Positions 27,639-36,792 of a stretch of 64,000 nucleotides of DNA are shown piece after piece. How positions within the stretch are numbered: position 1 is the stretch's first letter; each line of letters starts with the position of its first letter. The stretch covers positions 8,031 through 72,030 of the IMG/VR virus record IMGVR_UViG_3300040809_000188. One strand, given 5' to 3'. A model generated the notes under the pieces. That model ran no database searches and was not told the origin of the DNA. It saw only the letters and a program-made list of their open reading frames with translations. The translations under genes and the position numbers were made by a program. This DNA comes from a virus.

Positions 27639-27696
27639 GATTGCGGCTGGTATTGCAATAGCATACGGTCTATGGACAATCTTTAAGAGCGAGTAA
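27532..27696 (+). CDS. small two-TM membrane protein (absent from ORF track)
   Basis: SD AAGGAG; MLKRWIQKRVSERTSWDGGMLIALGLLVLFLSPLAKIAAGIAIAYGLWTIFKSE. Confidence 0.7.
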   Translation: MLKRWIQKRVSERTSWDGGMLIALGLLVLFLSPLAKIAAGIAIAYGLWTIFKSE

Positions 27697-27794
27697 GGAC
27701 TACTCTACCCACATAGTATTTTAGACTACTACAACTCACATGCGATTTTGTATGCGTGGTGGGCTTTTGTGTCCTATTTCCAAAGGAGAAAAAA

Positions 27795-28028
27795 ATGGAA
27801 GTACTAAATAACATTAAAGGATGGGCTGGATCACTTGCTGACGTAGGTGTAAGTCTAGCCGCATTAGCAATCGTTGCTGAAGTTCTAGGTCTAGGCAATA
27901 TGCCTTTCATGCCTGAAGGACTTAGCGTGGTTGATAATGTATCTGCAATGATTAGCAATCTTGGCGCACAAGGTGTGATGGGCTTGATTGCTATTTGGGT
28001 ACTTTATAGCATCTGGCAAAGGAAGTAA
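27795..28028 (+). CDS. small membrane protein, holin candidate
   Basis: SD AAGGAG; two hydrophobic segments, basic C-terminus; directly before spanin pair. Confidence 0.55.
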   Translation: MEVLNNIKGWAGSLADVGVSLAALAIVAEVLGLGNMPFMPEGLSVVDNVSAMISNLGAQGVMGLIAIWVLYSIWQRK

Positions 28029-28029
28029 A

Positions 28030-28533
28030 ATGTTGAAACTCTATATTATGGTTGCTTTAATTGCGGTACTTGGCGCTGTTGGATACGGCGCCAAGTATTA
28101 CTATGATACAACGCAAGCGACCATTGGAACATTGAGAGAAAATAATGCTCAACTTGAAGTAGCAGTTCAGACTGCAAATGAAAGCGTTGAGTCATTGCAA
28201 CAGGATATGGTAAAACTAGGTGAACTAAATAATAAACTTCAAGGCGATTTGCAAAAAGCAGAAGCGTATGGTGATAATCTAAGAAACAAACTTAGACAAA
28301 TGGACTTGGTTGCAGACGCAATCAGAGATGCGGAAAATTTGGAAGGAAGAATGAATGGTGCTACAGCAAAAATATGGCGTGAACTTGAGCGTGACACTGG
28401 CGGTGCTGGTGACAAGCCTCTTCCTAGTTGGTTGCAGCCTCCCTCAACCAGAACCACAGATCAAAGTGGTGACGAAGGTGGAGAAGACGCAGATTCCAGT
28501 GGTAGCCAGACCGAAACCGATACAACTAACTGA
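28030..28533 (+). CDS. i-spanin (Rz-like)
   Basis: N-terminal TM followed by long coiled coil; overlapped by a lipoprotein gene. Confidence 0.7.
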   Translation: MLKLYIMVALIAVLGAVGYGAKYYYDTTQATIGTLRENNAQLEVAVQTANESVESLQQDMVKLGELNNKLQGDLQKAEAYGDNLRNKLRQMDLVADAIRDAENLEGRMNGATAKIWRELERDTGGAGDKPLPSWLQPPSTRTTDQSGDEGGEDADSSGSQTETDTTN

Positions 28534-28795
28534 TACAAAGATATACGTTGTAAACAAAGATAACTTAGATAAGTTTGTAGAAGAGTTTAAAGAGGTCAAT
28601 GGTGATCTCGCATTCGTAGCACTGAGCATTCGTGATTACGAAAATCTAGCATTAAATGTCGCAGAGTTGCGCCGTTTTATAAATCAACAAACACAAATAA
28701 TCCTTTATTATGAACAAGCCGTGACACCAGACGGAGAGGAAAATAAAGGAAATGCTGAATCTACAGATAGCCAGTCGGATGGCAAAAGCGAGTGA
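28355..28795 (+). CDS. o-spanin (Rz1-like lipoprotein)
   Basis: Lipobox LVGC, Pro-rich linker, overlaps i-spanin 3' end. Confidence 0.7.
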   Translation: MVLQQKYGVNLSVTLAVLVTSLFLVGCSLPQPEPQIKVVTKVEKTQIPVVARPKPIQLTDTKIYVVNKDNLDKFVEEFKEVNGDLAFVALSIRDYENLALNVAELRRFINQQTQIILYYEQAVTPDGEENKGNAESTDSQSDGKSE

Positions 28796-29489
28796 GATAG
28801 CATATTTGGATGATGCAGAAAAGCAATATGTTGAACTAGGATATTATGGACACACATTCTTTGATATTGATGGCGCACAATGTCATGCAGTATGGAATGA
28901 CACAGAATATGCATTATGCTTCAGAGGAACAGAACCATCAGAGATTGGTGACATTCTTGCTGATCTAAATGCTATACCAAGAGGTGCAATGACACATGGT
29001 CTTGTTCATTCTGGTTTCATGGGTGAACTGGACAAACTATGGCAAAACGTAGTAGAGCATCAAGCAAAACATCAAGATAAAACATTCTACATTACAGGAC
29101 ATTCTCTAGGCGCCGCAATGGCGACTATTGCTACATCTCGTTTTGAAGAGTTCACAAAGGTTCATGAACTGTACACGTTTGGATCACCAAGAGCAGGCAC
29201 CAGAAGTTTCGTGAAGAATATCACTACACCACATTATCGTTTTGTGAATAACAATGACATTGTGACAGCAGTTCCACCAAGACTTATGTTCTATCGTCAT
29301 CATGGAAACTTGACATACATCAATCATTATGGTAATATACGAAAACTAACACCATGGCAAAGAATGAAAGACAAGTGGAGAGGTCGCTGGAGAGCATTCA
29401 GAAAAGGCATGCCTTTCGATGGTGCATTCGATCACTCAATGACATTGTATAGAGAAAAGGTTGTTAAGAATGCAGAGGAAGATAAATAA
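28752..29489 (+). CDS. class 3 lipase
   Basis: FRGTE, VHSGF, ITGHSLGAA, TFGSPR, NNNDIVT, DH. Confidence 0.9.
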   Translation: MLNLQIASRMAKASEIAYLDDAEKQYVELGYYGHTFFDIDGAQCHAVWNDTEYALCFRGTEPSEIGDILADLNAIPRGAMTHGLVHSGFMGELDKLWQNVVEHQAKHQDKTFYITGHSLGAAMATIATSRFEEFTKVHELYTFGSPRAGTRSFVKNITTPHYRFVNNNDIVTAVPPRLMFYRHHGNLTYINHYGNIRKLTPWQRMKDKWRGRWRAFRKGMPFDGAFDHSMTLYREKVVKNAEEDK

Positions 29490-29875
29490 TGCTTGAGAGA
29501 ATGTTTGAAGATACGCTGTGGATTTACACAGCAATAGGAGGTTCTCTCATTGGTGCGGCTTTTCTCGCATACTTCAAAGAGACTAGAGCCGGACTATGGT
29601 GTTATGCCAAGTTAGATCAGTTTCTCGATTATCTTGTAGAGAAGTACGGACTGACTTGGTTTGAACAACCAACAGACGCATGGAGAAAGAAGTATCCATA
29701 TGTCACAAAGAAGATAGACGAACTAGAAGCAAGGATAGCCGCTATGGAAGCACCAACTAAAAAATGTGAGTGTGGACATGACTGTCATTGTGGTAATGAA
29801 TGTCAAGAGTGTGTAAACGATGTTTGCACAGAGTGTAAGTGTGAGGATAGTCGTGGACAATCAGCAGATTTTTGA
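29489..29875 (+). CDS. membrane protein with Cys/His-rich metallothionein-like tail
   Basis: N-terminal TM; C-terminal CECGHDCHCGNECQECVNDVCTECKC. Confidence 0.6.
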   Translation: MLERMFEDTLWIYTAIGGSLIGAAFLAYFKETRAGLWCYAKLDQFLDYLVEKYGLTWFEQPTDAWRKKYPYVTKKIDELEARIAAMEAPTKKCECGHDCHCGNECQECVNDVCTECKCEDSRGQSADF

Positions 29876-30125
29876 TTACATCAACGACTTGAGAAAAGAG
29901 TCAAAAAAGGAACACGAGTTGTTGCATAAGCGTATATCTGACATGAAGGACGAACTTCTTGCAGAAATGAAAGAAATTCGTAATGAGCAAGCGGCTGTAA
30001 ACAGACGCATGGACAATCGTGTGACTGCACTTGAGCGTTGGAAGTGGACTATCGTTGGTGGTGCTATCGTTCTAGGCTTTGTCTTATCTGGTGGAGTCGA
30101 AGCAATACGGAATCTTTTGTCTTGA
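29853..30125 (+). CDS. coiled-coil protein with C-terminal TM
   Basis: SD GAGGA plus GTG; RVTALERWKWTIVGGAIVLGF. Confidence 0.6.
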   Translation: MDNQQIFDYINDLRKESKKEHELLHKRISDMKDELLAEMKEIRNEQAAVNRRMDNRVTALERWKWTIVGGAIVLGFVLSGGVEAIRNLLS

Positions 30126-30150
30126 CATCATAACAGTTTTACCATATAAT
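30122..30150 (+). promoter_or_regulatory. sigma70 consensus promoter for primase
   Basis: TTGACA-17-TATAAT; ATG 10 nt downstream, no SD. Confidence 0.85.
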
Positions 30151-30160
30151 CTTTTACATT

Positions 30161-31168
30161 ATGAGCAACTATATTGACTTGAAATACCTGAATCAACTTT
30201 CAGGGCAACTTTCGCAGTTCAAGCGGAAGGATAACAATCTATTCAACTTTCGCTGTCCATTCTGCGGCGATAGCGAAAAGAACAAACTCAAAGCAAGAGG
30301 CTATGTGTTTCTTGTTGAGGGTGCTTATTTGTACAAGTGTCATAACTGTGGTGTATCAGCAAATATTGACAAACTTATCAGTCATGTAAGTCCTGATATG
30401 TACAAAGAATACCGCACAGAGCGGTTCATAGACAAGCGTAGAGAGCCTGTGACACCGGCTAAGACTTCAACAGGTATAAAGTTCCGCAACCGAAATTATC
30501 ATCTAAAGACCCCCCTCAAATCGTTGAAGAAGATTTCGCAGTTAGAGCATAATCATCCAGCGAAGCAATATGTAGAGAAGAGAATGATACCAAAGGAGTA
30601 TCATCGTAAGTTGTTCTATGCTCCAAAGTTTGCAAAGTGGGTGAACACAATCATTCCAAACAAACTGGATGAGAAGTATGATGAACCTCGTTTGATCATA
30701 CCGTTCTTTGATGAGCAAGAAAGGTTGTTTGGTTTTCAGGGTAGAGCGTTTGGTAAAAGTGCTGTCAAGTATATCACCATCATGCTTGACGAGGGTGCTA
30801 TTAAGGTGTTTGGACTAGAAGATGTGGATAAGACAAAGCGCATCTACATCACTGAAGGGCCTATAGATAGTATGTTCCTACCAAATAGTCTCGCAATGGC
30901 TGGTGCAGATATGAAATCTCTGAACCTACCAGATGTTGTATACATATATGACAATGAACCAAGAAGTAGTGAAATACTGAAGAAGATTGAAAAAAATATT
31001 TCCGCTGGTGCCTCTGTATGCGTCTGGCCAAGTTTTTTGAAAGAAAAAGATATTAATGATATGATACTAGCCGGATTGAGCATTTCAGAGATTCTAGGAA
31101 TTATAAATGATAACACATTTTCTAAATTAAGAGCGAAAGTAAAACTTGCAGAGTGGAGAAAAGTATAG
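30161..31168 (+). CDS. gp61: DNA primase
   Basis: CPFCGD..CHNC zinc finger, TEGPIDS and YDNE TOPRIM motifs, KDINDM. Confidence 0.96.
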   Translation: MSNYIDLKYLNQLSGQLSQFKRKDNNLFNFRCPFCGDSEKNKLKARGYVFLVEGAYLYKCHNCGVSANIDKLISHVSPDMYKEYRTERFIDKRREPVTPAKTSTGIKFRNRNYHLKTPLKSLKKISQLEHNHPAKQYVEKRMIPKEYHRKLFYAPKFAKWVNTIIPNKLDEKYDEPRLIIPFFDEQERLFGFQGRAFGKSAVKYITIMLDEGAIKVFGLEDVDKTKRIYITEGPIDSMFLPNSLAMAGADMKSLNLPDVVYIYDNEPRSSEILKKIEKNISAGASVCVWPSFLKEKDINDMILAGLSISEILGIINDNTFSKLRAKVKLAEWRKV

Positions 31169-31169
31169 T

Positions 31170-31829
31170 ATGGAAGTGACTTTGATTGATAGTATGGGAA
31201 CTGACTTGACTGTTGTGAATGCCGCAAGAGTTTCATTCTCTAAAACGTCTACATGGGCTAGAAACATTCCTCAATCTGAGACATATGAACTTTCAGATAG
31301 GGATAAGAAACTGATTCGATATCTAGCAGAACACAATCATTGGTCGCCTTTTGGACATGCATCATTGCAGTTCCATATCAAAGCACCTGTGTTTGTTGCA
31401 AGACAACTTGTAAAGCATCAAGTGGGTCTTGTGTGGAATGAAGTAAGTCGTAGATACGTTGATGATGAGCCAGAGTTTTACATTCCTAAAGAATGGCGCT
31501 TGAAAGCAGAAGATAAGAAACAGGGTAGTAGTAACGAGACAGTGGAATACAGCATCGATTCAACGATGATGTGGTGTAAAGAGACTTATCAGAATCTACT
31601 CAATAAGAACATTGCGCCAGAGATGGCACGAATGGTACTACCACAAAACATGATGACTGAATGGTATTGGAGTGGTACACTATTCGCATTTGCGAGAGTA
31701 TGTAACCTTAGATGTAAGGAGGATACACAAGCAGAGACAAGAGTTATAGCAAATCAAATAAGCGAACTAGCAAAGAAAAAGTTTCCAGTTTCGTGGGAAC
31801 ATCTAACAGACGGAGAAATCGATGAATAA
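31170..31829 (+). CDS. thyX: flavin-dependent thymidylate synthase
   Basis: HWSPF, ARQLVKH, NEVSRRY, PEMARMVLP. Confidence 0.95.
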   Translation: MEVTLIDSMGTDLTVVNAARVSFSKTSTWARNIPQSETYELSDRDKKLIRYLAEHNHWSPFGHASLQFHIKAPVFVARQLVKHQVGLVWNEVSRRYVDDEPEFYIPKEWRLKAEDKKQGSSNETVEYSIDSTMMWCKETYQNLLNKNIAPEMARMVLPQNMMTEWYWSGTLFAFARVCNLRCKEDTQAETRVIANQISELAKKKFPVSWEHLTDGEIDE

Positions 31830-33732
31830 CTATCTACCAACAGAATATCAATCCTTTATTCACCTATCAAGGTATTCACGCTGGCAACCAGAACTAGGTC
31901 GCAGAGAAACTTGGGATGAAACTGTTAGTAGATATTTTGACTTCTTTACTGAGCATTTGAAAGAGCAGTGTGACTTTGATCTTGATCCAAAAGACAGAAA
32001 GCGTCTTGAAGAGTCTGTACTATCATTGAACACAATGCCTTCTATGCGTTGTCTGATGACTGCTGGTGAAGCACTAAAGCGTGAAAATATCGCAGGCTAT
32101 AACTGTTCTTATATTGCTGTGGATTCACCAAGAGCATTTGATGAAATCCTATACATTCTTATGAACGGAACTGGTGTCGGTTTCTCTGTTGAGCGTCAAG
32201 ATGTAGCAAAACTTCCAGTAGTAGCAGATGAACTTCATCCTACAGATACAACGATTATTGTGCCAGACAGCAAACTAGGATGGGCGAAATCTTTGAAAGA
32301 ACTCATTCATCTTCTATACTCTGGTCAGATTCCAAAATGGGATTTGAGCAAGGTTCGTCCAGCAGGCGCTCCATTGAAAACATTTGGTGGTAGAGCATCT
32401 GGTCCAGAACCACTAGATCAACTGTTTCGTTTTGCAGTAAATATCTTTACACACGCACAAGGACGCAAACTCTCTTCACTAGAGTGTCATGACTTGGTGT
32501 GTAAGATCGCTGAGATTGTTGTTGTCGGTGGTGTTCGCCGTTCAGCACTTATCTCTCTTTCAAATCTAAGCGATGATCGTATGAGAGTTGCTAAATCAGG
32601 ACAATGGTGGGAAGACAATGCACAAAGAGCCCTTGCGAATAACTCGGCCTGTTACACGGAAAAGCCAGAAATCGGCATCTTCATGGACGAATGGAAATCC
32701 CTTTACGACTCGAAATCTGGAGAGCGGGGCATCTTCAACCGTCAGTCTGCCAAGCAACAGGCTGAACGTAACGGTAGACGAGAATCTGAATGGGATTTCG
32801 GTACGAACCCCTGTTCAGAAATCATCCTAAGAAGCAAGCAGTTTTGTAATCTTTCAGAGGTTGTTGTTCGTGCATCAGATAGCATGAACACATTGAAGAA
32901 GAAAGTTGAGATTGCTACAATCCTTGGTACATTTCAGTCTACACTAACTAACTTCAAGTATCTGTCAAGTTCATGGACAAACAATACGAGAGAAGAGAGA
33001 CTACTTGGTGTATCTCTGACTGGTATTATGGATAGCACACTTACCAATGGTAAAGAAGATGGACTTGAGAAGAGACTAGATGAACTAAAGAAAATCGCTG
33101 TGAAGACAAACGAAGAATGGTCAGAGAAACTTGGTATTCCACAGTCTGCGGCTATCACTTGTGTAAAGCCATCAGGCACAGTATCACAGTTGGTTGATTC
33201 TGCGTCTGGCATTCATGCTCGTCATAATCCTTATTACATTCGTACTGTTCGTGCAGACAAGAAAGACCCTCTTGCACAGTTCATGCGTGATGCAGGGTTC
33301 CCTGTAGAGGATGATGTAATGAAGCCTGAGCATACCTATGTGTTCTCTTTTCCAATGAAAGCACCAGAACATGCTGTAATGCGTACTGACATGACTGCAC
33401 TGGAGCAACTAGAACTATGGTTGCAGTATCAGAAGCATTGGTGTGAGCATAAGCCATCTGTGACAATCTCTGTCAAAGAGCATGAGTGGATGGAAGTTGG
33501 TGCATGGGTTTACAAACACTTTGATTGGATGAGTGGTGTATCATTCCTACCATTCTCTGAGCATGTATACAAGCAAGCACCATATCAAGACTGTGACGAA
33601 GCAACTTATGAAGCAGAACTTGAGAAGATGCCTAAGAATGTTGACTGGTCAGCACTAACTCTATACGAGCAGTCAGACATGACAGAAGGCGCACAAGAAC
33701 TTGCTTGTGTAGCAGGCGCTTGCGAAATCTAA
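31822..33732 (+). CDS. nrdJ: class II (adenosylcobalamin-dependent) ribonucleotide reductase
   Basis: GYNC, GGVRRSA, GTNPCSEI, CNLSE, TCVKPSGT, C-terminal CVAGAC; no adjacent beta subunit. Confidence 0.85.
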   Translation: MNNYLPTEYQSFIHLSRYSRWQPELGRRETWDETVSRYFDFFTEHLKEQCDFDLDPKDRKRLEESVLSLNTMPSMRCLMTAGEALKRENIAGYNCSYIAVDSPRAFDEILYILMNGTGVGFSVERQDVAKLPVVADELHPTDTTIIVPDSKLGWAKSLKELIHLLYSGQIPKWDLSKVRPAGAPLKTFGGRASGPEPLDQLFRFAVNIFTHAQGRKLSSLECHDLVCKIAEIVVVGGVRRSALISLSNLSDDRMRVAKSGQWWEDNAQRALANNSACYTEKPEIGIFMDEWKSLYDSKSGERGIFNRQSAKQQAERNGRRESEWDFGTNPCSEIILRSKQFCNLSEVVVRASDSMNTLKKKVEIATILGTFQSTLTNFKYLSSSWTNNTREERLLGVSLTGIMDSTLTNGKEDGLEKRLDELKKIAVKTNEEWSEKLGIPQSAAITCVKPSGTVSQLVDSASGIHARHNPYYIRTVRADKKDPLAQFMRDAGFPVEDDVMKPEHTYVFSFPMKAPEHAVMRTDMTALEQLELWLQYQKHWCEHKPSVTISVKEHEWMEVGAWVYKHFDWMSGVSFLPFSEHVYKQAPYQDCDEATYEAELEKMPKNVDWSALTLYEQSDMTEGAQELACVAGACEI

Positions 33733-33986
33733 GTCCTTGTATTAGGATTTGTACACTTGAGAAATCAAACGAAGACATCTCATATTGCGTGGGATGTTTT
33801 CGTACTCAAGATGAAATTCGTGATTGGCTCATAATAACAGATGAATCAAAGATTGACATCATGAACGATTGTCAGAAACGAAGGAAATCTTATGAAGAAA
33901 GTTTTACATTCAGTCCTGAAAACAGGACAGATTATAAAATCAAAGTCGGGCGAGAAAGAATGGGTGGTAGTAGAAACAGGAGATGA
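33720..33986 (+). CDS. DUF1289-like Cys-rich protein (start uncertain)
   Basis: SPCIRIC..CVGCFRTQDEI.DW. Confidence 0.65.
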   Translation: MRNLSPCIRICTLEKSNEDISYCVGCFRTQDEIRDWLIITDESKIDIMNDCQKRRKSYEESFTFSPENRTDYKIKVGRERMGGSRNRR

Positions 33987-34086
33987 AGAAGTTCTACTAG
34001 CCGCTATTTCGTCTTACAAGAAACTGTCAACAAAAGATGCCATGGATTGGAATCTGCTTGAAGAAGAAGATTTAAAGCATCTATAA
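33892..34086 (+). CDS. hypothetical protein
   Basis: SD AAGGA; overlaps previous ORF. Confidence 0.45.
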   Translation: MKKVLHSVLKTGQIIKSKSGEKEWVVVETGDEEVLLAAISSYKKLSTKDAMDWNLLEEEDLKHL

Positions 34087-34144
34087 GTGTCAAAAATTTG
34101 AATCACTAAATACTCACGAATCTTTAACGGAAAAGGGTGTCAAT

Positions 34145-34357
34145 ATGCGTCAAGTCGATGAAATGGTATACGAACTAGAGTGTGACTCTTGTGGTGTATC
34201 ATACGAACTTATTGTAGATGGTGCTGAGAAGAACGAACCAGTTTACTGTGCGTTCTGTGGCGCTGATATCGATATTGAACCTGACGAAGATGAAGATTTC
34301 ATACATGATATTGATGATGAGTATGATGAGTTAGATTTTGACGATTATAGAGACTGA
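34145..34357 (+). CDS. zinc-ribbon protein with acidic tail
   Basis: CDSC..CAFCG. Confidence 0.7.
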   Translation: MRQVDEMVYELECDSCGVSYELIVDGAEKNEPVYCAFCGADIDIEPDEDEDFIHDIDDEYDELDFDDYRD

Positions 34358-34793
34358 TTACGAAAATCCTTGGACATTTAACGGAAAACCATTTACTTCA
34401 GAAGACATAGGAAAATATGTAGGGTTCGTTTATGTCATTATTCACAAAGATAGTGGCCGACAATATATCGGCCGAAAGTATTTCCACACATTACGCAAAA
34501 CAAAGGGCAAGACGAAACGAGTTCGCAAAGAGTCGGACTGGAAGAAGTATTACGGCTCTTCAGGAGACTTGTTGTCTGATGTTCAGACGTTGGGAAAAGA
34601 AAACTTTCAAAGAATAATTTTGTCTTTACATACGACAAAAGGTGATGTAAACTATGAGGAAGTAAAACAACAGTTTAAGTACGATGTCTTAGAAGACACT
34701 AAATATTACAATGATAACATTAATGGAAAGTGGTATCGCAAAGCGGATCACATAGTTGAAGGAAGACTATACAATGAAGATTTCAGACTTTGA
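34338..34793 (+). CDS. GIY-YIG-like nuclease
   Basis: GFVYVI..YIGRK..WKKYYGSS..E..YYN. Confidence 0.75.
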   Translation: MTIIETDYENPWTFNGKPFTSEDIGKYVGFVYVIIHKDSGRQYIGRKYFHTLRKTKGKTKRVRKESDWKKYYGSSGDLLSDVQTLGKENFQRIILSLHTTKGDVNYEEVKQQFKYDVLEDTKYYNDNINGKWYRKADHIVEGRLYNEDFRL

Positions 34794-35466
34794 AAAAGTA
34801 AAAAAGTTCCCATATCTATCAGACGACAAAGACACAATGCAGGCTAGGTTCAGAGAACTAGACTGGCTTGCACCTATGATCAATGACAAAGGTTGGAATC
34901 TTGAGTTTGGTGTACACACTGGACAAACCATTAACTGTATTGCTACCATGCGACCTGACTTGGAGTTCGTAGGATTTGATTCCTTTGAAGGACTTCCAGA
35001 AGATTGGGATATGGGTCAGAAGATGGTAAAGAAGGAAGCATTTGACAGAGGTGGCGAACTACCAGAAGTCGCAGATAATGTGTCTCTTGTCAAAGGATAC
35101 TTTGATGCTACACTTCCACAATGGCTAAGAGAACAAGCGGAGGATGGATATGAACGGCCCAAACCAGAAAGTCAGAGCATATCTTACCTACACATTGATA
35201 GCGATATTTATTCTTCTTGCGTCACAATCTTTGAGCATCTAAACGACTATATCAAGCCTGGCTGTATCATTCGATTTGATGAACTGTCATGCTGGCGTTA
35301 TGTATTCCAAGAGGCATCACCCAAAAGTTTGCAACGAGTTTTCTATACAACATGGAAAGAGCATGAGTGGAAAGCACTGCATGAGTGGATGTCTAAATGT
35401 GACAGAAAAGTAGCACCTTTGTGTCGAAACTGGTTTCAGTCTGGTACGGTGATTGTTACACAATGA
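34774..35466 (+). CDS. TylF/MycF-like SAM-dependent O-methyltransferase
   Basis: LEFGV..GFDSFEGLP..KGYF..HIDSDIYSS..FDE. Confidence 0.85.
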   Translation: MKISDFEKVKKFPYLSDDKDTMQARFRELDWLAPMINDKGWNLEFGVHTGQTINCIATMRPDLEFVGFDSFEGLPEDWDMGQKMVKKEAFDRGGELPEVADNVSLVKGYFDATLPQWLREQAEDGYERPKPESQSISYLHIDSDIYSSCVTIFEHLNDYIKPGCIIRFDELSCWRYVFQEASPKSLQRVFYTTWKEHEWKALHEWMSKCDRKVAPLCRNWFQSGTVIVTQ

Positions 35467-36074
35467 TTATCTCACACAAATACAAGTTTATCTTTGTAAA
35501 GACCCGTAAAACTGCTGGCTCAACATTTGAGAAGTTGGTGTCTCCGTACTTGGGTGAAGATGATATTTGCACTGGTTCAAGTAGAGATGGAACTCCAGCA
35601 CTTAACTGTGCGCCAGATACAAATGGTCATATTCCTCTTAGAGATATTATGTCTAAGTATTTTCCATCAGGCACCAACTACGATATCATCACAATCGAAA
35701 GAAATCCATACGATAAGGTAGTAAGCAGTTACTACTGGCATCAACACATCAAACCCCATCAGTTCGGTGATATGTCTTTTGGTGTCTACATGAAGACTTG
35801 CAACTTGCTTCCACGAGATTGGAAACTCTACACGATTAATGGATCACTGCAATATAAAACCAAAGTTTTCAAATACGAGAATATGAACGACATATATGTT
35901 TGGTTAAAAAAGATGCGTGGACTTCATATTCCACTTGACAAACTGGGTCAAACTAAGTTAAAATCAGGCATTAGAAAAGTAAAAGATTATAGAGAACTAC
36001 ACAATGACAATACGAAGAAAATTGTATTAGACTTGTTTCCAGATGAAATAAAGGAGTTTCGTTATGAGTTCTGA
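35463..36074 (+). CDS. sulfotransferase family protein
   Basis: IISHKYKFIFVKTRKTAGST (PAPS loop), RNPYDKVVSSY. Confidence 0.85.
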   Translation: MIISHKYKFIFVKTRKTAGSTFEKLVSPYLGEDDICTGSSRDGTPALNCAPDTNGHIPLRDIMSKYFPSGTNYDIITIERNPYDKVVSSYYWHQHIKPHQFGDMSFGVYMKTCNLLPRDWKLYTINGSLQYKTKVFKYENMNDIYVWLKKMRGLHIPLDKLGQTKLKSGIRKVKDYRELHNDNTKKIVLDLFPDEIKEFRYEF

Positions 36075-36792
36075 TCCTATCAGACTATTCATCGGCACAT
36101 CAGCAAACGGCGAAGATGCTAAGATTGAGATGGCTTATGAGTATTCGCTGAGAAAGAATACAGATAGAGATATTGAGATTGTTTGGATGCGTCAGACAAA
36201 TGACACTGAATCATACTGGCATGGCTGGGAAGACAAACGCTGGTCAACGCCTTTCAGTGGCTATCGTTGGGGCATTCCAGAATACTGCAACTTTGAAGGT
36301 CGTGCAATCTACACAGACTGTGATATGATCAATCTACGAGACATTGGTGAACTATTCGATATGGATATTGCTGATGACAAATGGATGCTTGCAAGAGACG
36401 GCAAGCGTTTTGGTGGTAAAGAGTTCTGTGTTATTCTATTTGACAATGCAAAGTTCAAAGGAAACATGCCTCCTGTAAATGAATGGAAGAAAGTAGATTC
36501 AGCACATCATCAGTTTATGCAGTTGTTCATTCAGAACAATCTAGTTGGTGACTTAGACCCTCGTTGGAACAGTCATGATGGTGATGCAGAACCTATCTAT
36601 CATCTACACTACACACATATGCCTACACAGCCTTGGAAGCCTGCTTGGTTTACTGGTACACCAGAAGAGCATCCAAGACAAGACTTGGTAGAACTGTATC
36701 ATAACACATATGAAGAAGCACTTGCAAATGGATACAAACTTGAAGACTATCAAGTCAATCGTGGTGTGAACTATGGGATTATCGGCAAATGA
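36064..36792 (+). CDS. GT-A glycosyltransferase (GT8-like)
   Basis: TPFS..RW.IP..AIYTDCDM..WN..HYT..PW. Confidence 0.8.
   Translation: MSSDPIRLFIGTSANGEDAKIEMAYEYSLRKNTDRDIEIVWMRQTNDTESYWHGWEDKRWSTPFSGYRWGIPEYCNFEGRAIYTDCDMINLRDIGELFDMDIADDKWMLARDGKRFGGKEFCVILFDNAKFKGNMPPVNEWKKVDSAHHQFMQLFIQNNLVGDLDPRWNSHDGDAEPIYHLHYTHMPTQPWKPAWFTGTPEEHPRQDLVELYHNTYEEALANGYKLEDYQVNRGVNYGIIGK

Noticed and set aside
5942-33732. Introns or inteins in gp43, gp41, uvsX or nrdJ
   Set aside because: All are continuous ORFs of normal length without splicing motifs
34338-34793. GIY-YIG gene as a mobile homing endonuclease
   Set aside because: Short, has no DNA-binding tail, is not in an intron and is tightly coupled to neighbours; more likely a resident gene
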